64,000 bases of DNA from Fistulifera solaris. Its lineage: Eukaryota. Both the position numbers and the translations under genes were made by a program. The DNA lies in contig AP026158.1 in assembly GCA_030295235.1 (NCBI GenBank), forward strand, positions 248,001 to 312,000. The letters are read 5' to 3'. Below are positions 1-12,092 of the stretch, piece after piece. The stretch's first letter is position 1; every line of letters starts with the position of its first letter. Under the pieces are notes generated by a model. That model was not told where the DNA came from. It worked only from the letters and a program-made list of their open reading frames with translations, and searched no databases.

Positions 1-424
1 GCCCTTGACGATTCGGGCCGTCTTTATTATCAATCCGGAAAACAAACTCATGTTGACCTTGAATTATCCCGCGTGTGTCGGACGCAACATGGACGAAATT
101 GTCCGTTGTGTCAAGGCCTTGCAATTGTCGTACGAAAAGTCCATTGCCACGCCCGCCAATTGTAAGTTCTTTGTCGTTGTTGATTTTGTTGTCGGAATTA
201 TTATTATTATTATTCACTCACACTTGGCTGGTGCAGGGCCCAACAATCACGAAGAAATTTTGCTACCCGACGGCACCCGCAGCAAGGAATTCAAAGGATC
301 CGTCTTTTTGTTGCCCACTGTGAGTCAAGAAGAAGCTGAAGCGCATTATCCGGGCTATCATACGTGCGAAGTCCCGTCCAAAATTCCGTATTTGCGTCTC
401 GTCAAGGCCGATCAAGTGCAGTAA
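1..424 (+). CDS. 1-Cys peroxiredoxin (PRDX6-like), 3' part; intron 162-236
   Basis: TIRAVFIINP..KLMLTLNYPACVGRNMDEIVR..ALQ..IATPANWP..PYLR is a Prx6 C-terminus. Removing the GTAAGT..GCAG intron restores ANWP. Confidence 0.85.
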   Translation, partial: PLTIRAVFIINPENKLMLTLNYPACVGRNMDEIVRCVKALQLSYEKSIATPANCKFFVVVDFVVGIIIIIIHSHLAGAGPNNHEEILLPDGTRSKEFKGSVFLLPTVSQEEAEAHYPGYHTCEVPSKIPYLRLVKADQVQ

Positions 425-443
425 ATGAAATACAATATACTTT

Positions 444-1178
444 TCAGATAGCATTGTTCTTCATTCGTTCTTCAATATCGCGTGCCATAGTTTGTCGTAA
501 TTCGATACAAGCTTGTGGAGTTATTCGTCGTTGCAATTGATCTTCCCATTCCTCTTCTTCCGTTTCCGCCAGTATTTGTGCCGTCAATAAGACATGACAG
601 CCACAATCGTAACCATTCGTTTGTTGCGGTGTTTTCATTTCTTGGACGTGAATTGTATTCTTATTATTTGTCGTGGAGGAGTCGTTCGAGTCGTCCAGAT
701 GGTGCCAAAACGATTGAAATCGTTCAGCGACGCGGTATGCCGCTGTCGAGTTGCCACTGTGACGACTGGAAGAATCGAAATGCCGATAAATACAATTACC
801 TTCGTCTGTGAAAGTAGTAATCAGTAACAAACTCCAATGTGTTCCCAGTGTTTGATTTTTTCGAGACGGTTGTATTTCGTGTGACAATGTATCGTTAATG
901 GGCAGAAACAGTTTGCGACAGTGTGTTTTCAAAGTCGGATATCCTCGCGCAAAGTCAGCAAGTTCGTCCTTGTCGTCCAACATCAAGAAACAAAACACGA
1001 CGGAAGGATCCCAAAAGAGGATCGAGTCGTCGTCGTCAAAACCCGACAAACACACGAATTGATAGTGCAAACACGCATCATTGAGCCACGCGTACGGATC
1101 TTCCAATAATTTCAAATCACGACCGTAAATACAGGCATCGTGATGATTGAGGATGAATTGATCGTCGTCATAAGTCAT
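444..1178 (-). CDS. NEDD8-specific protease SENP8/DEN1-like (Ulp1/C48 family)
   Basis: WLND, LFLPIND, GTHWSLL, FDS and PQQTNGYDCG motifs supply the His/Asp/Cys triad. Confidence 0.85.
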   Translation of the reverse strand: MTYDDDQFILNHHDACIYGRDLKLLEDPYAWLNDACLHYQFVCLSGFDDDDSILFWDPSVVFCFLMLDDKDELADFARGYPTLKTHCRKLFLPINDTLSHEIQPSRKNQTLGTHWSLLLITTFTDEGNCIYRHFDSSSRHSGNSTAAYRVAERFQSFWHHLDDSNDSSTTNNKNTIHVQEMKTPQQTNGYDCGCHVLLTAQILAETEEEEWEDQLQRRITPQACIELRQTMARDIEERMKNNAI

Positions 1179-1539
1179 ATTCTCGCAGAATGAAAACGTA
1201 AGGAGGATGAGGATAAAAGGACGTTGATGGTTGATGGTGTTTTATGATGTCATCGTCGTCGTCGTCGTCGTTGCAGTTTTTGCTTTGCGTCTTGCGGTTT
1301 CGTTTCCCAAACGGTTTTTGCTGCGACAACTGCACCAGGTCGAATGCCCCGGTGCGACGCATCTTACTTACTATAACTTTGAGTGTACGATACGACAGCT
1401 CCAACGACAACGACCTGCAACAACAACAACAACAACAACAATAACAACAACGAGATCCCTTCACTATATTGTTGTTGTCATTCTTCACAGTATCTTACAA
1501 TTTTTTTTAATTAGCATCATCGCATCGTCTCAAACCATC

Positions 1540-2807
1540 ATGTCTTCCATTCTTTCTTCGACCAGTCATCATGTCCGAGGCAGCTCATTGGCCTTTCAAA
1601 ACATTTTGGTCGTCATTAAACAAACGGCCTTTGAAGAATATTCACAGGTAAGCTTGAGACGTTCATTTCGTTCTTCTACTATAAAAACTCATTCATTTCT
1701 TTCTTATTCACTACTTTTAGTTGAAATTACGAGGCCAAGCCCCGAAAGCTCTCCGTTGGTCACGTCTCGAACAACGATTCTTGCAACACAAACAATGTGT
1801 TACCGATTTATTAGAAATTTTACGACAACATGCCGTCCCGTTCAGTTGCGTCAATCGTGTCGAATTGGATCGACAACATTTGTCGGATATTGATTTGGTG
1901 ATTAGTGTGGGAGGCGATGGCACGTTGCTCAGTGCGGCGCATTTTCTCGATCACGGGACGATTCCTCTCTTGGGCATTAATTCTGATCCCAATATTCGGA
2001 AAGAAGATTTAGTTGTCAAAAGAAAACATCCGATGAACGACGATCGCATGGTGCTTTGTGTATGTGTCATTCCTTTGATATGAAACAACATCTCGATGAA
2101 GTTTTGTACGGTGGTGGCCGCTTGCAGGTCCGGACCCGCATTCGTTGTAAAGTCAAAAGTACCTTTTCGGAAACCTTGCTGGTACCCGCCTTGAACGATT
2201 TGTTGTTGGCGAATCCATCTCCGGCGGCCGTTAGTCGATTTCGGATGGGATTTATGAAATTGCGACCGGAAGGAGCTCGACCGTCCGAAACCTACGGAAC
2301 CGTCACACGGTTTGGGGGGAAACCGTACGATGTCGTCGATTCCATCAATGTACGTACTTTATATATATTGTGTGAAATATGTGTATGTATGTGTTCTTCC
2401 ATGTCTCATCCCTTCACACATTATCAGGTTTGGTCGTCCGGAATGTGGGTATCGACCGGAACGGGTTCCACGGCCGCCATGCATGCGGCCGGAGGACGAC
2501 CCATGGATTTGGAAAGTCGCGATTTGCAATATCTCATAAGAGAACATATGATTGAACGACAAGCTTCCTATACGTCGTTGGATGAAGCACCTTATTCGCC
2601 CCATCGCGTCGACAATGGTTTCGTGCATCATGAGGAAAAGATGCACGTGCGATGGAATTCTCAAAAGGAAAAATTTTCATTGATGGATCGCATTTGACCC
2701 ATAATTTGGAATTGGGAGATGAAATTATGATTGATAACAAAGCACCACCATTGAAAATCTTTGCCAAGGCCGATATGGAAGAACAAGAAGGAAGGTCGTT
2801 GGAATGA
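1540..2807 (+). CDS. NAD(H) kinase (plant NADK3-like); introns 1648-1720 and 2350-2427; apparent frameshifts near 2020-2050 and 2670
   Basis: VGGDGTLL, LGINSDP, ALND and SSGMWVSTGTGSTAAM motifs across three ORF pieces. Confidence 0.88.
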
Positions 2808-2921
2808 ATGACGATGATGATGATGACAAAAGTAGCTCTCTAGAGCTAGAGCGAAAGGATAGACCCGGTACTTTTATTATCATTTGCACTACTAAGAATT
2901 CATTTTCCCTTTTGTATTTTT

Positions 2922-4001
2922 TTACAAGAACGCATTTTGTTTCAAACCCAACCGCGTCCGCAAATACCATACATAAAAGGCCATGGCCGCAAACGCCATG
3001 GCAAATAGAACAATAAAGGCGGTGGCGACCGCACTGGGACGACTACTGGCCGTATTGATAATCCCATCTTGTCGGACCATGCGGATTCCTTCCAAGTAGT
3101 TGCACGCATTGTTGTTGGGACTTGAAACGATCGAAGCCAAATTGGCTTCACATTTCCCCGAATTTTCGTACAAGAGTTCACACGATTCACGGACTTGATC
3201 CGCATCCGCTTGATCGTTGACATAATAATAGGCGTCGGCGGCTTGCGCATCTTGGTAGTTCTTTTCGTGACACGACAAACAATCCGAATGGATGATAGAT
3301 TCCTTGGAGTAGGGCAAAGTAAATCCCATGATCGATTCAAAGGACGCTTCGGCAAAGTTGGAACAAGTATCGTCCGTAAAGAGTCCCAAATGAATCGCCC
3401 CTCCTTGATTTGCACAGAACGGACCAACGTAGTAGTGGTTACCGTTATTATTATCATTATTGTTGTTGTTGTTGTTGCCGTTTTGAACATTGAGACGATT
3501 GCAGTACATGTAATTTTCGAGTTGGAATCCTTGATTATTATTTTGCAAGCATTCTTCGTGACCGGCTTTCGTCAAACACTCGTTCAAACATTGTTCATCT
3601 CCGTTGCATTGACATTGATTTTGGTATTTCTGACATTCGTATTCGATTTCTTGTCCTCTAATCTGTGAATATGCTTGCATGAAACTATCCATATCCATGA
3701 CATAATCGCCGTATCCGCTGGAACATCCCAAACTTTTACTGGCGGAACACGTCTGCGAAGGACACAATCGAAATCGCACGAGTCGTTTCGTTTCAATCCG
3801 AACATCGGCGTTATCATTCGCGGCATCATTCCATTGTTTAATATGATGACAACCCAAGAATTTGACAGAATAGTTGGCCATCCAAGAATGTTGAAAATTG
3901 TTGTTGTTGTTTTGATCGAGTCGTCGATGTTGCAGGAATGACAATTCCGTCACAGCGGATGCCACGGAAAGGAGTGTCAGTACAGTAACCAGTACTTTCA
4001 T
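2922..4001 (-). CDS. Silicanin-1 (Sin1) family membrane protein, paralog A
   Basis: Signal peptide, RRL motif, Cys- and N/Q-rich lumenal domain (YSVKFLGCHH..KRLVRFRLCP..YGDY, YYVGPFC), C-terminal TM helix and short cytosolic tail. Confidence 0.85.
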   Translation of the reverse strand: MKVLVTVLTLLSVASAVTELSFLQHRRLDQNNNNNFQHSWMANYSVKFLGCHHIKQWNDAANDNADVRIETKRLVRFRLCPSQTCSASKSLGCSSGYGDYVMDMDSFMQAYSQIRGQEIEYECQKYQNQCQCNGDEQCLNECLTKAGHEECLQNNNQGFQLENYMYCNRLNVQNGNNNNNNNDNNNGNHYYVGPFCANQGGAIHLGLFTDDTCSNFAEASFESIMGFTLPYSKESIIHSDCLSCHEKNYQDAQAADAYYYVNDQADADQVRESCELLYENSGKCEANLASIVSSPNNNACNYLEGIRMVRQDGIINTASSRPSAVATAFIVLFAMAFAAMAFYVWYLRTRLGLKQNAFL

Positions 4002-4435
4002 GGTGGCGTTTGCAATGAAGAACCAATGAATTGCTGTTGAAGATCAATCCAGAAGGAAAGGATAAAAAAGGCAAAGGAACGAGAGAAATTGTGTTTACAA
4101 TGTATATATACGACCATCGCAAATGATACGCCTGCTTCATTTTGCCTTTCGTTCGGAGATCGTCGTTTTGGCGAAATCGACTTCCGTTGGAAACAGCGAG
4201 CACACGGATTCCTATTTCTTACATTAAATATAACACGTGTTCTGTGACACTTACTTAACGGAAAATGGGTCCAAGGGAACATATCCAAATCTACCGTCTT
4301 TATTATTATTTACGAAGTTATTATCCGATACATCCGAAACCCATTTTCATTCGTTACCGCTACGACCTGCCCCACCCCCCAAAACCATGGAGGAAACAAG
4401 GCAACAACACACTTTTTTTTTCTTCGTCTTCGACC

Positions 4436-5967
4436 ATGTTGTTAGGTCAACTCAGTTCCAGAAAACAACACTATCAAACCATTCATGATGATACAAAAGA
4501 TAAGGATAAACTATATACGGAAAGTAAAGAGGAAAAGGAACGAATCATGGGACGACTGTCTCACTTTTTGTTTGGATTCATGTACGAAGACGACGACGAC
4601 GACGACGACGACGACTTGGAGGACTTGGACGATTATTCTAGTTCCAAGATGGAATCGTGGACTCCTCTCTACAATTCACTCAACTTGGCGCTTGCTACCG
4701 CCATTGCGACGACGGCAGCGGCCGAATCGGCTCCTTTAACGTTAATGGCGGCCATGAGTGATCAATTTTCGGATCTGGCATCCTTGTCCTCGCAAACGGC
4801 GGCCGCGGCGGTGTTGGGAGCCGCCTTGGGAAATTCATCAACGGGCCTCTCATTGATCTGATGGGAGCCCGCCGTATCTTGTACATTCGTCCCTCTTGCT
4901 GTGCTTGTCTTTAATATTCTTGGCCCTGTCACAAACAGCGATCATGGCCATCGTCGCCTGTTTTCTCATTGAATTCACTTCCACCGTACAATGGCCTTGT
5001 ATTGTAGTGATACTGGCAACGCATTATCGCGGCAGTGGCAAGTACGAAGGTGGAATCTTTGTCACTTCGTTAGGATCCCGGATGGGAGCTTTGTTGGCGA
5101 TACCCGTTTACACGGGCCTGTTGCCGCAGTGGCGGGTCGTGGCATTGAGTGGAGGATGGTTGGCCCTCGTGTCGTGCTCGATTGTGTATCTGTACGTGCA
5201 AGATGCACCCCATCAACTGCATGCACCCCAAAATCCTATTGCTCGTCATCCGCAAGAAGGAACATTTCGTCTTTGGATGCATGTCCTAGAGGACAATATC
5301 GTCCCTTCCGTGCGGCACATTTGTGCGAGTCCTACCTTTTGGTGGGTCGCCTTGGCGCATGCGGGATCGGCGACTGTACGGTCGTCGGAACGGGTCTTGG
5401 CGACGTATTTTTACGAAACGGGTACGAAAGAATCGGCGGGCTTGGCCGTGTATTTGTCCATTGGCATCACTCTGGGTCTCGTGATAGCCGGCAATGCTTT
5501 CGCCAGTCAATCGGAACGCGAACGCAAACACTTGGTGTCACGGTTGTATTTGGCCAGCATTGTGGCTTGCTATGCACTCGCCGCCATGGCCTTACCGGCG
5601 ATTCATAAAATTGCTCCCCGATTTGATGCGGATTTTTCAAATCATGGCCGTCGTCGTGGCGGGGTTCGGGATAGCCGTGCCCTTGTATCATATCCCTAGT
5701 TTGGTCGGAGCTACCTTTGGTTGTGATAAGGGAATGTATGCGGCCTATACCGATGGTGTCGGATACGGTCTTTCTTCGATAGTGTGGGGAGTGATTGTGG
5801 GCGGTTCTTTGCAAGGACATCACGGCGATGGAGTGGGTTGGGCGTATGGATGGGCGGCCGTGGCATTACTTTTGATTCTATCATCTATTCTGATGATCGA
5901 GTTTATGGAGTATCACTTTTGCCGCCCTCGTCATGGTGGCACCTACGAGACAATCATTTTTGCATAA
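4436..5967 (+). CDS. MFS transporter; frameshifts near 4835 and 5620
   Basis: Multiple hydrophobic helices. After frame repair there is an MFS motif-A-like G-x-L-I-D-x-x-G-A-R-R. Confidence 0.65.
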
Positions 5968-6077
5968 TACAAAGTAGAAGCTACGCTATTGAACCTTGTC
6001 ATCCTCATAAATAGAATGACTAGCACATGACTGGAAGACAATAAAAGATGACGCACATATTAATAATAATGCATTAT

Positions 6078-6794
6078 TTAGAACTTCATGTTGTGTGGCT
6101 TATCGTTCGAGCTCAAAGTGAAGCGTGCGGCTAGGTAACCTTCCAACATTTCTGTGCTTCCGACAATCTTGAGGAGTACATCATCAACTTTCTTTTGCTC
6201 GGCTTTGCGCTGTTCACTCACCACAGCGGGCTTGGGCGCATCACCGGCGAAAAATTCTTGTTCACCCTCTTTCTTTTCGTCCTTGTCTCGCGAAAAGAAA
6301 TCGTCTGTGATGGAGGAAACATCTACCTTACTGACATCAATCTTAGTGCTGGTGGCAATCACGTAGGCGGGGTTGACGCGGCGCAATGGAACTCCGTTGA
6401 TTTTGTAAGGACCGGATACCAACAAAAGGCCGGATTCCAAGAGTTTGAGGCATACCACGCGCTTCCCGCGGAATCGGCCCGCCAGGATAATGACAACGGT
6501 TCCGGGAGTGATCGATTTACGAATTCGGGGTGGGTTTTGCTTTACCAAGTGCACTTTTTTGGCAGGCTTGGCATCCTCAGCGGGGTAGTAGCGGGGAGTT
6601 TTCTGTTGAACAAGAGGGGGAAAGGTATTAATCGTGAGCGAATAATGAATTACTGTGGAAAATGCAATTAATAAATATAAAACCACTCGCACAATCTATT
6701 TTACAGACTTGTGACCGTCATTTTCTCCTTTCTACGCTTGCGTAATTCAGTTCTCATTGAAAGCAAATTATTCACTTACAGTTGCTGCTGTCAT
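6078..6794 (-). CDS. RPL6: 60S ribosomal protein eL6; intron 6603-6779
   Basis: ITPGTVVIILAGRFRGKRVVCLK..SGPYKINGVPLRRVN..PHNMKF. Exon 1 is ATGACAGCAGCAACT followed by GTAAGT. Confidence 0.95.
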
Positions 6795-7267
6795 GGTTGT
6801 TGATTATTCTAATTAAGTGCCCAAATACCATTTACTTGCCGGTCGACAACGAGCCGACGAGAGAAAAAAAAAACAGGGTGGAACGCAGTTTAGTAAAACG
6901 GTAAGCAGTGCCCAATTACGCGCGAAATGGCGCGCGGGGGATAAGATAACAATTTCCATTATGGTTAGCTGAGATGGTGCGACATTCCCTACCGAGTGTC
7001 ACTTCAACAATACTAACGACAGCTCTAGGATCTCGAGGGTGAAAAACGTATCTTTGATCTTTATACCAGTTTTCTCTTCGCTAAATCATCCGTTCTAGTG
7101 TTATCCTATAACTAGCAAATTTTATCCAACCCAATTCCTGTGTGTACTAAACCATTTCGGTTTGACACATCATGTGAGCAACACGGAAATGCCTCTCCAA
7201 GACAAAAGCATAATCTTCTTCAAAACATCCGATTGATTGGCAAGACCTCGAATAAAGAACCCTATCT

Positions 7268-10200
7268 CTACATGCCACTTTGCTGAAGAGCGGCAATGGC
7301 GCGTTTGATTTCTTTGTAGCGGCGATATTGACTGGCTACGGGACGAATGTCACTAAAGCTGGAGACTTGTCGTCCGTGCTTCTCGTAGAAATCACGTTCA
7401 TATGAACGCAACATTTGGTGCAGTTCCGCTTTTTCCGCTCGCAACGAATTGAGGTTTTGCGTCGGTGAGACATTGGTCATTGGTTCGGATGGAGGTAAGG
7501 GCTCGGAAACCCGTTTTATAATGTTTGGTCGCTGTCGTTCCTGGCCGCGAGGCTCCTCGTTGACACTTTCCGATGCCATGGTTTGCACTTCCGATGATAC
7601 ATGGGACCGTGAGACAGCTGACGCAGATTGACTTGATCGACTATCTTGCTCCATTTGTGTTATTTGAGATTTCAAGGCATTGTAACTTTCATATAGGTGG
7701 CGAATTGGTTCCTTTTCAGCTTTCACGGGCATTCTACCGTGCCTTCTAGCAAAGTCCATATCGTACTGACGAAGTTGACGCTTCAAGTCACGCTTACGAG
7801 CCTGCAACTCATCAAGAGAAAAGCCTGAAAACGACTCGGACGTGAAACCAGACTCTGTTTGTGAGCTCACAAGGTGGCGATCATTGGATACCGTGGTGTT
7901 ACCCCAATCTGGATCAAGAGAAAAAGGCAAGCCTATTTTTGCCGGTGCGAGAGGCGAGGAAGATCCCATATCGTTACTGTCCAAGTCGGCTGGCATGCTA
8001 ATTTGGTCAATAGAACTAGCGTAACTCGTACGACCGGGACGTTTCGCCACAATCGTAGAGAACGTAGACGCGTTGCTGTTCAGTAGCATTGATCTTGTAC
8101 GGGCTCCCCGTATTAAGGCTTGAATACGACAAGCCGCGTCAGCGCGAATGGCTCGTTTCCATTCTCTATACTGGGCGTAAGTAGATGCTAGAGGGCACGC
8201 TCCGCATTCCCCTTCGGTGGCCTCCCATGGAGCTGAAAAAAAGCATCTTCGAATCGTTGAATCTGTGCACGAAGTGCTCGACATGCAGCAACAGTTCGTT
8301 TTCTTTCTGCAGCAGTTGACGTTAATGTGCGATAGTGTGCTGCTCCAGAAGGAGTTGAACCTATTGCGTATGCTCCAGAAGATGGCCTATACGATACCAG
8401 ATCACTTGAACCACTAGTTCCAACCGAATTAGCAGGTGATAAAGGCGATGATAATGCATTTCCCATCCATCCTTCGCGAGGAGATCTTCCCCTCTTTGGT
8501 GACACCGGAGCCATGGGCGTATCCAAAGAGCGCGCATGCTCTGCAGTCTTCTTGGGTGACTTTGGGGATTTAGGTGGAGCAGCAGGAATCATGCTAGCGC
8601 TCTGTTTGGGCGATAGATCATCTTGGTCCGACGAAGAAGTGACATCAGATGCGTAAAGCATAAATTTAGCAGGAGGCGGCATGGGAGGGGGGCTCACAGC
8701 TCGCTCCGTCAATTGCGACGACATTTGTGCCTCAAAGAAATTATCAGAATCCGAAACCAGAGGAATGCTAGGAGACGGTGATGATGGCTTCCCATATCCA
8801 AACACGCGCGCAGGACTTCGTGGAGACGGTGCATTGTGCTTCGGACTAGCTTCACTTTGTAAGGCACTCGGTCTTCGGTTTTGATAAACACGTCGGTGCG
8901 GCCTCACTGAATCGGGCTGAACCAAAAGCCGCGACCAATCCGTGGCCATGACGTTCGAGACGGAAAGCTTAATTTGTTGAACAACTGCCACAACCTCCCT
9001 CTCGTTCAAGCCACCGTCCTTTCTCCTTTGCACAGCTGAAAGCCATGCACCGTGCGAACCATTTGCGAATCCAAGTTTAAATACACTATCAGAGGTTTCT
9101 CGAGTTAAAGTTTGAAGCTGTTTTGCGGCCGAGTCTAGGGTCTCGGCACGTTTCGAATCAGCGAGAAGACGTTGGCCACGATCATACCATCCATTGCTAA
9201 ATATATCGATCGCTGCATCGAGAATCAGTTCCGCTGCTACCAGTATTGGCTCCATGTCATTTTGATGACGCAAACACCACACCGCACCGTGTGGAGGGCG
9301 GATCAAAAGAGGGGCGATGCGTTGTACAAATCTTCTCTGATAGCGGTACGTCCCGCACATTCGCCGTAACTGAGCTAGCATGATAATTGCTTCACCCGAG
9401 GGCTGCTCCAAAGAAGATATAAGCAAAGGAGTCAGGGCTGATAAAATTTGAGAGCGTGATTTTTGTGCAATGTCGCCTTCTCCTTGGGTACTGATCGCCT
9501 GATCTTCCAGCAACGCCATCCCAGCATTGACGATACCATCGTAACATTTGGCCATTCCTTCTATACTTTCCGCTTTGTTCATTTGCAGACTTTCCAAAAC
9601 CAATGCCGCGGATAAAGATGGAGACATTGCTTGTTGTAAAGGGGCGATGTTCAGATCCAGTAAAATCCTTTCTTTGGTTGATTCGAACTCGTCATCGCTG
9701 TCTTCGAACGCGCCGCCTTGGCGAAGCCGTTTCCGTTCTTCTCGCTGTTGACGCTGGAGATGTCGAACCAATATCAAGTTTGCTTGCTTTTTCATTTGAG
9801 TCAACTCTTTCTGAAGGTACAAGCGAGCCGTCATCTTGTCCGGGGTATTCACCGCATCGAAATAGCGAAACTTTCTTCGATTGAATGGCAGCTTTAAAGA
9901 TCCAGTTGAATTATGTTTCCCACTTTGTCCACGAGATGCAGCGATTCCGAATGGAGTATAGAGCGGTTCGCGAGCATAGTGGTCTTGGTCCAGTATACTT
10001 CTCTTCGAATCTGAAAATAGTACATCAGCATCAATCAGATCTTCATCGTCACCACTACTTGCGTCCTCCTCCTTATCAGAATCAAAAACGGGAGGATTGA
10101 TCACATATTCCTCCTCCTGCGCATCATATCTCGAATACGTCTGCGGACCCACCAGCTTTTCCACGCTCAACGTGGCACTCTCTTCCAACCGTGATCGATG

Positions 10201-10557
10201 TGGTTTTTGCCGTATGCGTTGTCTTAGTATAGCCTGCAATTCACGCCGCGCCCGACCCGGCGGACACATATTCAGTTGCGTTCGAGCTCCCATGCGAACC
10301 GCATTTCGAACGCTGAGCAAAACGAGCTGTGCCGCTGGACACGGTTTCACGGGCGAGGTGTCCACGTGCTGTGGATGACGTTTCTCCATGTCGTTAGCAC
10401 TGACGACTGCACGTGCATTGCCTTCGTTTAATAACCCATTCTTTTCCCCAGCAACGGCTCTGGCTGTTTCGTTGGATCGTCTCCTTCGAAATGCAGAATT
10501 CGCAGTTGACGAATGTTGATGTTCCTTGTTCGTATTGCCTGCGCGCAGCACCATCAT
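7268..10557 (-). CDS. Large protein with an IQ-like motif and repeated FAM13-like C-terminal helical domains; frameshift near 8190
   Basis: Three copies of L..F/Y(E/D)..F...HGR......P....Y..Y...K, plus CRIQALIRGARTR. The two ORFs join at ERAP-LASTYAQY. Confidence 0.6.
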
Positions 10558-11186
10558 GCTACTTTCCGTTATGATAGCACTCAAACGTCCGGATCATAAA
10601 AAGTCTTTAATGAATGAAGATATTAGCAGGGCAACAGTGATTGCATCAAAAGCTTAGGTTGTCAATGACTACAAAGCATTCATTCTATGCATATAGCGTC
10701 TTTGAAAATGGCGTTTCGTTCTGCTCGATGGGCTTCACGCTGCGTACAAAGTACACTCCCTGGTAACCGGCAGACGTGTGCGCGCGCAAAAATCTCATTA
10801 AACATTCTTCCCGCGTCATTCTATATGTATTCACAAAACGTCTAATATGTCCGTTGAATTTACGAATCCATACAAGATGATATTTTTCTTAGGAATTGTC
10901 TTGTATGAAAAAATGAAACCTTACTGTTTGTTAGGCACCATATAGTACTTTCCGTTTGATACAAAGTAGACGATAAGCTTCAAATGATGTCTCACTGGTA
11001 AAGATCGAGACACGGCGAGATGAAAACCGAGCTCGCACTTGAACGTTTTCATTTTTTACTCCTTTGACGGAACAATTGCAATGAACGTCAAGGCAAACCA
11101 GTCCACAAGGAAACGACAAGAATGAAAAAAAAACCGCGCCTTTAAACAACGGATCCTGTTTACAAAAGACAAAAGACAAGAATCAA

Positions 11187-12029
11187 ATGATCTCTTCTCA
11201 TAAAACATCGGACCTGGTGCGGTCGACCTTGCCACTTTCGAGTCAAACAGATCCATCCAATCATGAAAGTCCACTTCGAGGCACTCCAACTGCATTCGGA
11301 ACAAAAAACATCTTATCCAAAGAGATTCACATCCTCTACGAGAATGTTTTTTTGGAAAAGGCAGAAGACACGGAATATAAAGTCGAAGATCATTACTTCA
11401 TCAAGCCTATGACGAGTATCTTCCTCGAAGTCCCTCGCCATTTTGAAGAAGACTTTGACGAATTACAGTCCCTTGCTCTCAGTGAAAGTACTGTGGGGTC
11501 CGAGATTTCTTGGGATGCCGAAGAAAATGCTTGGGATCTTCCTTATTATGTCGCGGACGATGGTATGCCTTCGTGTACCATCGAAGTTTACGATCGTGAT
11601 CATCAACACGGACATTCGGTGTGGTTTCGTGCATCCTACAACGGTAGCTATGACTATTACGAGCTTGAAGGTATGGAAATTGTCAACTATGTCGCCGATA
11701 TTATCGATCAGAATCCGCAGATTGGGTTCTATATCAAGACGAAACTCGGAAAAAATGCCGATGCACCCGCCGTATTCTTTGAGACTGGAGATATCATGCT
11801 TGTCCTGGAAACTGTTCTCGATCGAGCGACATGTGAAGATGGTATTCGAATCCCTAAACGACGCGAGATTTTGGAGACAAAGAAGGCGATGGTTCTCGCC
11901 CGTAAGCGCGCCATGCGACGCAAGAAAAAGATAGAATCCTGCTGGTTCTCGTGGCTTGTTCGTGGGTTATCCAACAAACGGTCGGCATCCGTTGATTGTG
12001 AAAACGATTTCAAAGATAGAATAAACTAA
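11187..12029 (+). CDS. Hypothetical protein (280 aa, acidic N-part, basic C-tail)
   Basis: Long ATG-initiated ORF; no family recognised. Confidence 0.55.
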   Translation: MISSHKTSDLVRSTLPLSSQTDPSNHESPLRGTPTAFGTKNILSKEIHILYENVFLEKAEDTEYKVEDHYFIKPMTSIFLEVPRHFEEDFDELQSLALSESTVGSEISWDAEENAWDLPYYVADDGMPSCTIEVYDRDHQHGHSVWFRASYNGSYDYYELEGMEIVNYVADIIDQNPQIGFYIKTKLGKNADAPAVFFETGDIMLVLETVLDRATCEDGIRIPKRREILETKKAMVLARKRAMRRKKKIESCWFSWLVRGLSNKRSASVDCENDFKDRIN

Positions 12030-12092
12030 GATAAGTAAATTTTAATGTTTCGACATGTATACAAGAGTGTGGTCGCGGTTACCAAGGAAAAT

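Noticed and set aside
1231..1500. ORFs with poly-V/T/C/Q tracts from (GTC)n and (CAA)n microsatellites
   Set aside because: Simple repeats in the divergent spacer between SENP8 and NADK; the ORFs are by-products.
6603..6779. Long RPL6 intron as a snoRNA host
   Set aside because: No convincing C/D box pair or H/ACA double hairpin seen by eye.
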